NCBI GenBank assembly: GCA_041670385.1
Contig: JBAXZI010000003.1
Location: 1,618-65,617, forward strand
Direction of reading: 5' to 3'
Length of the DNA stretch: 64,000 bases
Source of the DNA: Clostridia bacterium
Lineage (GTDB): Bacteria; Bacillota; Clostridia; Christensenellales; DTU072
Positions 19,739-30,482 of the stretch are shown here, piece by piece. Positions within the stretch are counted from its first letter, which is position 1. Every line of letters starts with the position of its first letter. Under the pieces are notes generated by a model. The model ran no database searches and was not told where the DNA came from. It was given only the letters and a program-made list of their open reading frames with translations. Both the position numbers and the translations under genes were made by a program.

Positions 19739-21262
19739 CTAGTTGTTAATTTTTGACAAAACTAAATTTACATATTTATCAAAAGCATTTTGCCCGGTCG
19801 TGGTATTTTTGAACACTGCTGTACATTCTAAAATTGCAAAACAAGTTTTTTCTATCCTACTAGAAACTGCTTTTTTTGCGGTTTCTTCATCTACACCGTT
19901 TTTATTAAGAGTTTCATATATAGACTTTAACATATCGATGTGTTTATTTATGCTTTCATCATTAGCTAATTTATCGAAATCAATATTGCCTTTTTGCAAA
20001 AGTTCTATCAAAGTAGCTGTTTCTTTTTTTAATCTACCCGGCAAAATAAATAATCCCATTGCTTCAATTAGTCCAATACCCTCTTTCTTTATATTATGCA
20101 TATCAACAGTAGGATGAAAAATTCCAAATGGATGATTTTCATCAGTCCTATTATTACGCAAAATTAAATCCAAAACATATTCTTTCCCTTCTTTGTGAGA
20201 AATAGGCGTAATTGTATTGTGACATTCACCGTTACTCGTTGCTAAAATACCTACGCTTTCATCGGTATATTCACGCCAAGTATTCAAAAATTCTGTAGCT
20301 ACCGCAATAACTTTATTCTTGTCAATTCCGTGTACACTAACAACACTGTTGTACCAATCCTTAATGTCAACACTAACTTCTTTACTTTCCAAATAAGATT
20401 TTCTAATTGGTCGAGATAGCATCGGCAAAACCTTTTTACCGCCTTGATAATGGTCGTGTGCTAAAATAGAACCTCCAACAATTGGTAAATCCGCATTGCT
20501 ACCCATAAAATATTGTGGAATTATATCAACAAAATCACACAATCTCACAAATGTAAGTGGGGTTATTTTCATAGGTCTATGTTCATCACAAAATGCTATA
20601 CAATGTTGGTCATAATACACATAAGGTGAATATTGCAAATGCCAATTTTCATTATTAAGTTTGATAGGAATAATACGCAAAGTTTGTCTAGCAGGATGAC
20701 GCAAATTTCCTTGAAATCCTATATTTTCTAAACACAACATACATTTAGGATACTTATTGCCCTTAAAATTCTTTTCCGCTAATACTTGCTTCGGGTCTTT
20801 TTCGGGTTTACTCAAATTTATAGTAATTCCCACTTGACCATTTACGCCCTCAGAATACCAACAAATATTTTTGTTTACATCGCACATTCTTATATAATTA
20901 CTGTTTACACTAATTTTATAAAAATATTCCAATGCCTTATCAAGTCCATTTTTTTCTTTTATTTGATTAAAAATATTAACAACTAATCCCGCTGATGGAC
21001 AAACAAGTCCCATAATTTTTGTTTCTAAAAGCACAGGTGAAGCACTATCGCCTAAGCCCATTTCTAAGCCAAAATTTACTAATTTATCTAGAATCTCAGT
21101 TTGGAAATTTTTATCAATTCCCTGCCTTTCACTAGGATTAGTAATACTATAAAGCTCTAATAATTGGTTGCGTGCAACTACTGCATCTTCTGTACATAAA
21201 TCTAAATTTTTTCTTGCATATAAGACTAAATCTTCAATCAAACCTGCAATTTGTTTATCCAT
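19739..21262 (-). CDS. galT: UDP-glucose--hexose-1-phosphate uridylyltransferase (type 2 GalT)
   Basis: GGSILAHDHYQGG motif and about 500 aa length typical of the Firmicutes type. Start set at MDKQIAG (ATG 21262) behind GAGGA. Confidence 0.88.
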   Translation of the reverse strand: MDKQIAGLIEDLVLYARKNLDLCTEDAVVARNQLLELYSITNPSERQGIDKNFQTEILDKLVNFGLEMGLGDSASPVLLETKIMGLVCPSAGLVVNIFNQIKEKNGLDKALEYFYKISVNSNYIRMCDVNKNICWYSEGVNGQVGITINLSKPEKDPKQVLAEKNFKGNKYPKCMLCLENIGFQGNLRHPARQTLRIIPIKLNNENWHLQYSPYVYYDQHCIAFCDEHRPMKITPLTFVRLCDFVDIIPQYFMGSNADLPIVGGSILAHDHYQGGKKVLPMLSRPIRKSYLESKEVSVDIKDWYNSVVSVHGIDKNKVIAVATEFLNTWREYTDESVGILATSNGECHNTITPISHKEGKEYVLDLILRNNRTDENHPFGIFHPTVDMHNIKKEGIGLIEAMGLFILPGRLKKETATLIELLQKGNIDFDKLANDESINKHIDMLKSIYETLNKNGVDEETAKKAVSSRIEKTCFAILECTAVFKNTTTGQNAFDKYVNLVLSKINN

Positions 21263-21342
21263 TTCAAATCCTCTCAATATCTTGCTATTTTTTTTTATGT
21301 ATGATATAATCTTTACAAATATTATACACTACGGAGTTTATT

Positions 21343-22593
21343 ATGGCAAGAGCTTTAACTCAACATTCATTATTAAACAATGAAAAATTCATAGCTAGTA
21401 TAAACCAACTTTATACAGCGAATACCAAAGAAATTTGTGAAAGATATTCTTCTCTAACCGAAGGTCTATGTGGAGATATTTATTTTTTTTCATCACCCGG
21501 AAGAGCAGAATTAGTCGGCAATCATACCGACCACAATCACGGTTTCGTAATTGCATCTAGTATAGATTTAGATGTAGTTGGTGCAGTCACAACAACTCAA
21601 AATAATATAATTACTATTAATAGCTTTGGTTATCCTGCTTTTAGTATTAATATTGATGAATTAGAAATTCAAGAAAAAATGTATAGCACTTCAGACTCTT
21701 TAGTTAAAGGAGTTGTGAAGGGCTTCCTAAATAAAGGATATAAAGTAGGCGGATTTACCGCAAATACACATAGCAATATTTTCAAAGGTGCCGGAGTTAG
21801 TAGCAGTGCGGCTTTTGAATTACTTGTTTGTGAAATTTTAAATGTACTTTACAATGATTCAAAACTTGATTATATAGAAAAAGCACTTATAAGCCAATAT
21901 GCAGAAAATGTATATTTTGGCAAACCAAGCGGACTTATGGACCAACTTACAATTAGTCGTGGTGGCGTTAGTTTTATGGATTTTTACAATCCTAATTTAC
22001 CTATTTCATCTACTGTTGATTGGAAATTTGAAGATACCAGTTTGGTTATTATAAATTGTGGCGGAGACCATTGCTCTCTTACTGGTCAATATGCACAAAT
22101 AAGAGAAGAAATGCATTCAATAGCCGAATATTTTGGCAAGAGCGTACTTAGAGAAGTAAGTAAAAACGAGTTTATGTCCGCACTAAATGTGTTGTGTCTT
22201 AAATATTCAGGTAGAGCTATTTTGCGTGCGTTACACTTTTTTAACGAAAATGAAAGAGTATTTGTTGCAAAAAAAGCAATAGAAACAGGCGATAAACAGA
22301 AATTCTTTGACACAATAAATGCAAGCGGACAAAGTAGTTATACTCTTTTACAAAATTGCTATCCAAATGGCGATAAGGTACAGAAAGTACCACTCGCACT
22401 AGGAATTGTATCTGAATATGATAAAGTAAAAGCGTATAGAGTACACGGTGGTGGCTTTGCAGGGACAATTCTTGCTTTCATAGATAGTAAAGATGCTCCT
22501 ACATTTTGCAATTATCTAAATAATATTTTTGGCGATGAGAACGTGTTCAATATTAAAATTAGACATTTGGGCGCTGTCAAAGTAGCATACTAA
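21343..22593 (+). CDS. galK: Galactokinase (GHMP kinase)
   Basis: GRAELVGNHTDHNHGFV and GAGVSSSAAFE motifs. Divergent from galT. Confidence 0.88.
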   Translation: MARALTQHSLLNNEKFIASINQLYTANTKEICERYSSLTEGLCGDIYFFSSPGRAELVGNHTDHNHGFVIASSIDLDVVGAVTTTQNNIITINSFGYPAFSINIDELEIQEKMYSTSDSLVKGVVKGFLNKGYKVGGFTANTHSNIFKGAGVSSSAAFELLVCEILNVLYNDSKLDYIEKALISQYAENVYFGKPSGLMDQLTISRGGVSFMDFYNPNLPISSTVDWKFEDTSLVIINCGGDHCSLTGQYAQIREEMHSIAEYFGKSVLREVSKNEFMSALNVLCLKYSGRAILRALHFFNENERVFVAKKAIETGDKQKFFDTINASGQSSYTLLQNCYPNGDKVQKVPLALGIVSEYDKVKAYRVHGGGFAGTILAFIDSKDAPTFCNYLNNIFGDENVFNIKIRHLGAVKVAY

Positions 22594-22665
22594 TCATAAA
22601 AAATATAGGTTTATCAAAATAATAAATTTTTAATATATAAATAAACCTAATTTCAAGGAGAAAAA

Positions 22666-24096
22666 ATGCGTAACCTAACTTTACTTACAGACCTTTATCA
22701 ACTTACAATGATGAACGCCTATTTAGAAACCGACAAAGCTGACACAATGGCTAATTTTGATATCTTTTTTAGATATAAAGAACATTTAGATTTTGCCCAA
22801 TGTGCAGGACTAGAACAAGTCATTGAATATATCAACAATCTTCATTTTGATGAAGATGATATAGATTATCTAAAAAGTCTTAATCTTTTTGGAGATAGAT
22901 TTTTTGATGCTATCAAAAATTTCAAATTTACTGGTTCTATCAGAGCGATAAAAGAAGGAGAAATTATTTTCCCGGGAGAACCTATTTTATCCGTATGTGC
23001 TCCGCTTTTTCAAGCACAATTGGTAGAAACAGCATTACTTAATATTATTAATCATCAAACCTTAATAGCTACTAAGGCATTCAAAATTTGTAGAGAAGCC
23101 CAAGCTGGCGTTATGGAATTTGGTTTGCGTAGAGCTCAAGGCCCTGACGCAGGAATATATGGAGCAAGAGCCGCAATAATTGGTGGTTGTTCTTCTACTA
23201 GCAATGTTCTTACCTCAAAAATGTATGGTATTGCTTGTGCAGGTACTCACGCTCATAGTTGGGTAATGAGTTTTGATTCCGAATTGGAAGCATTTAGAGC
23301 ATATGTAAAAATTTATCCTAAAAATGGTTTGTTACTTGTTGACACATACGATACACTAAAATCAGGTTTGCCAAATGCCATAAAGGTATTTGATGAAATG
23401 AAAGCTGCAGGGCTAAAACCCGTAGGTATAAGACTAGATAGCGGTGACCTTGCATATCTAAGTAAAAAAGCAAGAAAAATTCTTGATGACGCAGGACATA
23501 ACGATTGCATCATTTGTGCTAGTGGTGACATAGATGAATATATACTAAGTTCCTTGCACCAACAAGGAGCTAAAATAGATGTTTATGGAATAGGTACCAA
23601 ACTAATCACTTCTTCTGAAGTACCCGCTCTTGGCGGAGTTTACAAAATGTCTTGTCTTCAAGAAAATGGAGTTTGGATTCCTAAAATGAAGTTTTCGGAT
23701 ACCGTAGAAAAGATAACCATTCCTGGTATAAAAACAACATATCGTATTTATGACAATGAAAATAAAGCTTTAGCTGACATTATTTGCTTGGTTGATGAGG
23801 AATTTGACATAACTAAACCTCTTACTATTTTCCATCCACAACAAACCTGGAAAAAAACCATTCTTAATAATTATACAATGCGTAATTTAATGGTAGATAT
23901 TTTTGTCGATGGCAAACAAGCATATACTTCACCTAAACTTATGGATATTGCACAATACGCAAAAGAAAAAAGCGAAGACTTTTATACTGAATACTTAAGA
24001 TTAGTAAATCCACATACCTTCAAGGTGGATTTAAGTCAAAAATTATATGACTTAAAAAATGACCTAACAATAAATAATGAAAATAAAAAAAAATAA
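22666..24096 (+). CDS. pncB: Nicotinate phosphoribosyltransferase
   Basis: 476 aa, LLTDLYQLTMMNAY N-terminus and ...GTHAHSWVM... motif. Confidence 0.88.
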   Translation: MRNLTLLTDLYQLTMMNAYLETDKADTMANFDIFFRYKEHLDFAQCAGLEQVIEYINNLHFDEDDIDYLKSLNLFGDRFFDAIKNFKFTGSIRAIKEGEIIFPGEPILSVCAPLFQAQLVETALLNIINHQTLIATKAFKICREAQAGVMEFGLRRAQGPDAGIYGARAAIIGGCSSTSNVLTSKMYGIACAGTHAHSWVMSFDSELEAFRAYVKIYPKNGLLLVDTYDTLKSGLPNAIKVFDEMKAAGLKPVGIRLDSGDLAYLSKKARKILDDAGHNDCIICASGDIDEYILSSLHQQGAKIDVYGIGTKLITSSEVPALGGVYKMSCLQENGVWIPKMKFSDTVEKITIPGIKTTYRIYDNENKALADIICLVDEEFDITKPLTIFHPQQTWKKTILNNYTMRNLMVDIFVDGKQAYTSPKLMDIAQYAKEKSEDFYTEYLRLVNPHTFKVDLSQKLYDLKNDLTINNENKKK

Positions 24097-24143
24097 ATAT
24101 AATTATAGTTAAACAAAAAAATAGTAAAATAAATTATTAATTA

Positions 24144-24177
24144 AAAAAACACACTTAATATTTAAGTGTGTTTTTTG
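24144..24177. terminator. Bidirectional rho-independent terminator between pncB and the convergent membrane-protein gene
   Basis: AAAAACACACTTAA-tat-TTAAGTGTGTTTTT flanked by A and T runs. Confidence 0.75.
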
Positions 24178-24204
24178 ATTCTTTTTTATTTGTTTATATG
24201 TTTT

Positions 24205-24960
24205 TTATACAAACTTTAATACTAAAGCTACCAAAAAAACACCGAGAACAACCAATGCTAAAAAGGAAGCAATAAGTAATACTTTAATAATTGGGTTCTT
24301 CTTATCCCCTTTTTTCGTAGAATATGGACTAATTGACATTGAAGCAATAAGTTCTTTTTCCATTTCTTCCGTGCATTCAACAAAATTTTCTGGCAATTTA
24401 TCTTCCGGATAAAGCAAATAAAATGCGGGTGCGGAACTATGGTCAAGTATCTTAGTATCTTTGTCTTCTTTCATAAGACTAAAAAACATTATAATATCGC
24501 CAGCACCACCGCTAACCATAAAGCAAAATAGTAATACCATAAATATGTTACCAAAAATAGTGCAAATTATAAGTGGTATAATTCCCGTTATAACAACAGG
24601 TAATAAAAGCACAAAACGGTATTGTGACACCTTCATTGCTTTGCTTAAATGGCAATAGAATAAGCCTTGCTTCAAATTCATACCAAACTTTATATCCTTA
24701 GTGCTTAATTTGCCAGCAATTATTCCACCTAAAGCGTGTAACAATTCGTGCAAAACAACACCAAATACCAAACCAACAAGCACAATAAGTATATCCCAAT
24801 ATACTTTACCGGTTAGTAGCAATTTATTATTAAGTGCAAAAATATTTATACTTCCGCAAATTATCAATGGCACAATAAACATAACAAGTGACATTGTCGC
24901 AAATAGATTAATATTAAATTTTTTTAATTCTTTTTTGTAATTCATATAGTTATTGTACAA
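24205..24960 (-). CDS. Polytopic membrane protein with HExxH motif (DUF3267-like putative zinc peptidase)
   Basis: 251 aa with several TM segments and HELLHALGG. Confidence 0.6.
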   Translation of the reverse strand: MYNNYMNYKKELKKFNINLFATMSLVMFIVPLIICGSINIFALNNKLLLTGKVYWDILIVLVGLVFGVVLHELLHALGGIIAGKLSTKDIKFGMNLKQGLFYCHLSKAMKVSQYRFVLLLPVVITGIIPLIICTIFGNIFMVLLFCFMVSGGAGDIIMFFSLMKEDKDTKILDHSSAPAFYLLYPEDKLPENFVECTEEMEKELIASMSISPYSTKKGDKKNPIIKVLLIASFLALVVLGVFLVALVLKFV

Positions 24961-24995
24961 GTACCAATGAAATTTGTCAAATGCTATTGCCCTTT

Positions 24996-26918
24996 CTATT
25001 CAAGTTCAAAAGCACCGGTATATAATTGGTAATATGTTCCTTTTTGTTCTAATAATTGTTCGTGATTGCCTTTTTCAATAATTTTACCATGGTCAAGTAC
25101 AATAATTGCATCACTATTTCTTACTGTGGATAGCCTATGTGCAATTACAAAGACCGTTCTTCCCTTCATTAATTTATCCATACCATCTTGCACTAAAGCT
25201 TCCGTATGGGTATCGATAGAAGAAGTGGCTTCATCTAATATCATTGCAGGAGCGTTTGCCACTGCTGCCCTTGCTATAGATAATAACTGTCTTTGCCCCT
25301 GTGATAAATTCGAACCATTGTTATCTAAAAGTGAATTGTATCCATCTGGTAAGCGTGTAATAAAATCATCTGCATTTGCCAATTTTGCAGCTTCAATACA
25401 TTCTTCATCTGTAGCATCTAATTTACCATATCTTATATTCTCAAGTACAGTGCCTGTAAAAAGATTTACATCTTGAAGTACAATAGCAAGAGAACGACGC
25501 AAATCAGGTTTTCTTATTTTATTAATATTTATACCGTCATAACGAATTTTTCCATCTTCAATATCGTAAAATCTGTTTATTAGGTTTGTTATTGTAGTTT
25601 TACCTGCCCCCGTAGCACCTACAAATGCTATTTTTTGACCCGGATTTGCATATAAAGTAACATTATGCAGAACCATTTTTTCAGGTTCATAGCAAAAGTC
25701 AACATCAAACATACGAATATCCCCTTTTAACTGCTCATATGTGATAGAATTATCTATTTTATGTGGGTGTTTCCAAGCCCACAAGCCTGTATACTCGGCA
25801 CTTTCTGTTATATTTCCCTCATTGTCAATATTGGCCTTTACCAATGTTACATAACCATTATCTTTTTCTGGTTCTTCATCTAATAATTCAAAAACTCTGC
25901 TAGCGCCCGCAAAGCCCATAGCTATCATAGGAAGTTGCATTGATGTTTGACCGATTGTTTGAGATAATTGTCTAGACATTGTTAAAAATGATACAATAAC
26001 ACCGATAGAAATAATATTTATGCCCGTCAAACTTACATTCATAATATCAAAAAATACCCAAAATCCCCCGACAATAGCAATTAAAACATACAAAATATTA
26101 CCTATGTTCATAACTATTGGCATTAAGATATTGCCATATTTATTTGCCTTTTGTCCATCTTCAAATAACTGTTCGTTTAATTCCGCAAAATCTTTATTGC
26201 TTTCTTTTTGATGGCAAAATGCTTTTATAACTTTTTGTCCATTCATCATTTCCTCGACAAACCCTTCTTCTTTTGCAAGTGATTTTTGTTGTCTTACCAT
26301 ATACTTAGAACTTTTAGCCGATATTTTCTTTATTATAACAAACAAAATTATACAAGCTATAACTACTAATAATGTCAACCATAGACTGTAAAAAATCATC
26401 ATAAACATAGTTGCCGTAATTGTTATTATTGCTTGAATAAGTGTAGGCAAACTCTGCCCTATAAATTGTCTTATAGCATCAGTATCATTTGTATAAGTAC
26501 TCATTATGTCGCCATGTTTATGAGTATCAAAATATTTTATTGGGAAAGATTCCATTTTGCTGAACATATTTTCACGCAAATTATTTAATGTCCCCTGTGT
26601 AACTACAGCCATAATTCTTGTATAAATAAAAGAGGCTATTACACCTAAAACAAATATGCCACCCATTAATAAAATATAAGTAATCAATTGCTTCCAAACG
26701 GAAGCTAATCCAGCATTTACACCTGGAATAATACAATTATCTATTAATTTTTGTAAGAATATTACAGCAACTATTGATGAAATAGAACTAATTATTATAG
26801 AAAAACCAACAACAATCACTTCTTTTTTATAGTACATAATAATAAATTTTAATAACCGACCAAAGGTTTTTTTATAATTTAAGGAAGGATCTTTTTCTTT
26901 CAAATTTTTAGTTTGCAT
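24996..26918 (-). CDS. ABC exporter, fused permease/ATPase (heterodimer partner B)
   Basis: Six-TM N-terminal half. Walker A GATGAGKTT, signature LSQGQRQ, Walker B ILDEATS. Confidence 0.9.
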   Translation of the reverse strand: MQTKNLKEKDPSLNYKKTFGRLLKFIIMYYKKEVIVVGFSIIISSISSIVAVIFLQKLIDNCIIPGVNAGLASVWKQLITYILLMGGIFVLGVIASFIYTRIMAVVTQGTLNNLRENMFSKMESFPIKYFDTHKHGDIMSTYTNDTDAIRQFIGQSLPTLIQAIITITATMFMMIFYSLWLTLLVVIACIILFVIIKKISAKSSKYMVRQQKSLAKEEGFVEEMMNGQKVIKAFCHQKESNKDFAELNEQLFEDGQKANKYGNILMPIVMNIGNILYVLIAIVGGFWVFFDIMNVSLTGINIISIGVIVSFLTMSRQLSQTIGQTSMQLPMIAMGFAGASRVFELLDEEPEKDNGYVTLVKANIDNEGNITESAEYTGLWAWKHPHKIDNSITYEQLKGDIRMFDVDFCYEPEKMVLHNVTLYANPGQKIAFVGATGAGKTTITNLINRFYDIEDGKIRYDGININKIRKPDLRRSLAIVLQDVNLFTGTVLENIRYGKLDATDEECIEAAKLANADDFITRLPDGYNSLLDNNGSNLSQGQRQLLSIARAAVANAPAMILDEATSSIDTHTEALVQDGMDKLMKGRTVFVIAHRLSTVRNSDAIIVLDHGKIIEKGNHEQLLEQKGTYYQLYTGAFELE

Positions 26919-28656
26919 TTTTTGCCTCCTTTCCTCTCGTTTGAGATAAGTATATTTCTTTATAGAAGCCGTTTTTGCTTAATAATTCTTTATGCGTACC
27001 ATTTTCTATTATTTTACCACCTTCCATAACAATGATTTTATCAGCTTTTTCTATGGAAGCTACCCTTTGTGCAATAATTATTTTAGTCGCATTAGGCAAT
27101 TCATTATTAAGGCATTTCTTAATTAAAGAATCCGTTTTTGTATCAACTGCCGAAGTAGAATCATCAAATATTAGAATTTTTGGATTTTTCAAAAGTGCCC
27201 TGGCGATACAAAGTCGCTGTTTTTGTCCACCCGACAAATTAGACCCGCCTTGTTCTACATAAGTATCATACCTTTCAGGAAACTGCTCGATAAACTCATC
27301 AGATTGCGTCATTTTGCAAACATTTATTAATTCTTCATCAGTTGCACCTTTATTGCCCCAACGCAAATTTTCTTTAATCGTACCAGCAAATAATAAATTC
27401 TTTTGCAACACAATTACCGCTTGATTTCTAAGTGCTTCTATATCATATTCAGTAACATTTTTACCACCGACAAAGACTTCTCCTTTGGTAGTATCATATA
27501 ATCGTGGTATTAATTGTATTAATGTTGTTTTTGCTGACCCCGTACCACCCAGAATACCTATAGTTTCACCAGAATTAATAATCAAATTTATATCACTTAA
27601 CGCATATTTATTAGCCCTTTCGGAATATTTGAAATATACATTTTTAAATTCAATACTACCATTAGGAATTTCTGTGCTTACATTTTCACTATTAGCTAAT
27701 GAAGGTTCTTGATTAATAATTTCAACAATACGTTTTGATGATTCTGCGGAAATAGAAATCATAACAAAAACAAAGGAAAGCATCATCATAGAAATCAATA
27801 TTTGTACACCATAGTTTATAAGCGAAGCCAATTCCCCCGCTGTTAGTTCGGTTTGTACAGAATTAATTATCATTTTTGCGCCAAAAAAGCTTATGATAAG
27901 AATAATTAAATATATAAAAAACATCATAAATGGACTACTCAATGCAATAATTTTTTCTGCTTTAGTAAAATCATTATTTACTTCATCAGACGTTTTATTG
28001 AATTTACCTATTTCATAATTCTCTCGTGCATAGGATTTTACCACTCTAATTCCGTTAATATTTTCTTGCACATTATTGTTCATTTTATCATATTTTTTGA
28101 AGATTCTATTAAAATAAGGCATTACTTTTTTTAATATTACGGCTAGTATTATTCCTACAATAGGTACAGTTGATAAAAATATTAATGCGATTTTCCAATT
28201 TATAGAAAAACTCATCGCCATCGAAAATATCAACATAAGCGGGACTCTTACAGCAATTCTTATTACCATTTGATAAGCATTTTGCACATTTGTTACATCG
28301 GTAGTTAGACGAGTTACTAAAGAAGCCGTAGAAAACTTATCAATATCTTGGAAAGCAAATTTTTGTACCTTGAAAAACAAATCTTCTCTCAAATTTTTTG
28401 CAAATCCACAAGATGCAGTTGCGCCAATATTACCACTCAAAAATCCTGCTATGAATGAAAATATCGAAAGAGCCACTAAAATAATAGAATATTTTATGAT
28501 AGGTACTACTGTAGCACCACTCATATTATCAATCATTTTAGCCATAATAAATGGAATTATTGATTCCATAATTACCTCAATTGATACGAATAAAGGAGTA
28601 AGTATCGATTGCTTTTTATACTGTCTTATACTATTTGCTAATGTTTTTACTATCAT
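26908..28656 (-). CDS. ABC exporter, fused permease/ATPase (heterodimer partner A)
   Basis: GGTGSAKTT, LSGGQKQR, IFDDSTS. Overlaps the downstream partner by 11 nt. Confidence 0.9.
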   Translation of the reverse strand: MIVKTLANSIRQYKKQSILTPLFVSIEVIMESIIPFIMAKMIDNMSGATVVPIIKYSIILVALSIFSFIAGFLSGNIGATASCGFAKNLREDLFFKVQKFAFQDIDKFSTASLVTRLTTDVTNVQNAYQMVIRIAVRVPLMLIFSMAMSFSINWKIALIFLSTVPIVGIILAVILKKVMPYFNRIFKKYDKMNNNVQENINGIRVVKSYARENYEIGKFNKTSDEVNNDFTKAEKIIALSSPFMMFFIYLIILIISFFGAKMIINSVQTELTAGELASLINYGVQILISMMMLSFVFVMISISAESSKRIVEIINQEPSLANSENVSTEIPNGSIEFKNVYFKYSERANKYALSDINLIINSGETIGILGGTGSAKTTLIQLIPRLYDTTKGEVFVGGKNVTEYDIEALRNQAVIVLQKNLLFAGTIKENLRWGNKGATDEELINVCKMTQSDEFIEQFPERYDTYVEQGGSNLSGGQKQRLCIARALLKNPKILIFDDSTSAVDTKTDSLIKKCLNNELPNATKIIIAQRVASIEKADKIIVMEGGKIIENGTHKELLSKNGFYKEIYLSQTRGKEAKNAN

Positions 28657-28736
28657 AAATCTCCTTATTAAAACTTCAAAATAAGTTTATTCCTAATGCA
28701 ATATACCATTTACTTTTTTCATAATACGGGTAAAAT

Positions 28737-28946
28737 CTATTGCATCTTTTCCCCTAAATATTCTAGTATTTTTGTAATATCATTTACAAAAATTTCCCTG
28801 CAATTTATTTCAAATTCTTCCCCAGCTTTCGTAATTGATACATAGACCTTTCTACTATCTTTATTGTCCTTAGTCCGAATTATATAACCATTTTTTTCCA
28901 AATTTTTTAATGCAATTATATCTTTTACTAAAAGAAATACTACCAT
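28737..28946 (-). pseudogene. MarR-family regulator remnant (C-terminal half only)
   Basis: 69 aa covering only the wing and C-terminal helices (LEKNGYIIRTKDNKDSRKVYVSITKAGEEF). Stops occur within 4 codons upstream in frame. Full MarR proteins are about 140-150 aa. Confidence 0.6.
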
Positions 28947-29073
28947 TATAACATTTTAATGTCAAACATATTATATTTATAAATCATTTTAATAAATCAA
29001 AAATGTATATTACTTGCATAGTTTCTTAAAAAGTAGTAATATTAATTACATTACAACAAATGGAGGCGATATA

Positions 29074-29577
29074 ATGCAATTAATACCTAGTTTTCAAGTA
29101 GACCATTTACGTTTGAAATCAGGTTTGTATATATCTAGAAAAGATTGGTTTGGCAGAGAATGCATAACAACCTTTGATATACGAATGAAAAAACCTTATG
29201 ATGAAGAAGTTTTAGGAACAGCTTCGGCTCACGCAATCGAACATATTGGAGCTACTTTTTTACGCAATGATGATTTGTGGAAAGATAAAGTAGTGTATTT
29301 TGGACCAATGGGTTGTAGAACAGGATTTTACCTTATTGTATCCGGAGACATTGATGTAGATACCATCTATCCGCTTGTAGAACGTACATTTGATTATATT
29401 GCCGAGTTTAAAGGCGATATACCCGGAGCTACACCAAAAGAATGTGGATTTTGTGTAGATATGGATTTACCAATGGCAAAGCGTGATGCAGCCTTATACT
29501 ATAATGTACTTATAAATGCTAATAAGCTTAATTTCAATTATCCAAAACCAAGGAAAAAAAGAGAAACTAAGAAATAA
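29074..29577 (+). CDS. luxS: S-ribosylhomocysteine lyase
   Basis: HAIEH metal motif and GPMGCRTGFYL. Start set at MQLIPSFQVDH behind GGAGG (the track ORF starts 20 codons earlier). Confidence 0.88.
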   Translation: MQLIPSFQVDHLRLKSGLYISRKDWFGRECITTFDIRMKKPYDEEVLGTASAHAIEHIGATFLRNDDLWKDKVVYFGPMGCRTGFYLIVSGDIDVDTIYPLVERTFDYIAEFKGDIPGATPKECGFCVDMDLPMAKRDAALYYNVLINANKLNFNYPKPRKKRETKK

Positions 29578-29613
29578 CCAATTAATTAGTCACATAATCC
29601 AAATAAATAATTT

Positions 29614-29642
29614 AGCCAAGGTGTAAATCTTGGCTTTTTTTA
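29614..29642 (+). terminator. Rho-independent terminator after luxS
   Basis: AGCCAAG-gtgtaaat-CTTGGCT followed by T7. Confidence 0.8.
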
Positions 29643-29689
29643 TGTAACAAATTAATTAAATACATCATATACTAAAGCGAGGTGAAATT

Positions 29690-30103
29690 ATGGCTGACAA
29701 TATCAAACAAATGGCTAAAGAATACAAAGAAATTTTATCGAACGCAACAGAAATAAATTATAATAATTATGACCAAATAATAAATTTAGAAGAAAAGCAA
29801 CTTGATATGCTTAATGCTCTAAATTTTTATAATAATCAAAAACCACAACAAAAAAAAGTAATAAACTATTGCATTAATCGTATTTATCAAGCATTAGATA
29901 TCTTGTCAAAAATTTATAATAAGCAAGCATATTCTCCTAATTTCCGAAATCCCTACATACCTAATACTTTCCAGTTACTACCTATGATTGTTAATGCACA
30001 AATAGATATCTTTATATTAATAGATAAAATTAATGATATGGATACTACTGCATTAAAAATTGTTGAAAATACTAAATTAGGATTATTAAGTTTATTAAAA
30101 TAG
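29690..30103 (+). CDS. Hypothetical protein (helical, N/Q/Y-rich), no family recognised
   Basis: 137-aa ORF behind GAGGTG. No motif I can place. Confidence 0.5.
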   Translation: MADNIKQMAKEYKEILSNATEINYNNYDQIINLEEKQLDMLNALNFYNNQKPQQKKVINYCINRIYQALDILSKIYNKQAYSPNFRNPYIPNTFQLLPMIVNAQIDIFILIDKINDMDTTALKIVENTKLGLLSLLK

Positions 30104-30164
30104 AATAGAATATATACATTTATACATACTACCTTTATCTAAAATTATAAAGGGAGGAATATAA

Positions 30165-30410
30165 ATGGATAATTCTAATCAAAGTCTATCAAGAGTTAAG
30201 GCAGATTTAAGTAATTATATACTATTAACATTGAATTTAATAGCTACAGTACTTGCATTGTCCGTAGGACTAGCATTCTATTTATTAGTTGGTACAAAAG
30301 CAGCTATGACAGTAGGAATAATAATGTTTATAGTAGCTGGATTTATGCTTGCTTGTGGCTTATTGCTATATATGGCAAAAATGGCAAAGATAAAGCAACT
30401 TAGTGAATAA
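30165..30410 (+). CDS. Small membrane protein (2 predicted TM helices)
   Basis: 81 aa, RBS AGGGAGGA, two hydrophobic stretches. Confidence 0.55.
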   Translation: MDNSNQSLSRVKADLSNYILLTLNLIATVLALSVGLAFYLLVGTKAAMTVGIIMFIVAGFMLACGLLLYMAKMAKIKQLSE

Positions 30411-30431
30411 CAATTTATATATATCCAAAAT

Positions 30432-30463
30432 AAAAACCATCTAAAATTAGATGGTTTTTTGTT
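30432..30463. terminator. Bidirectional rho-independent terminator
   Basis: AAAAACCATCT-aaaatt-AGATGGTTTTT between convergent genes. Confidence 0.8.
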
Positions 30464-30482
30464 TTTCTTATGATTAGTTTTT

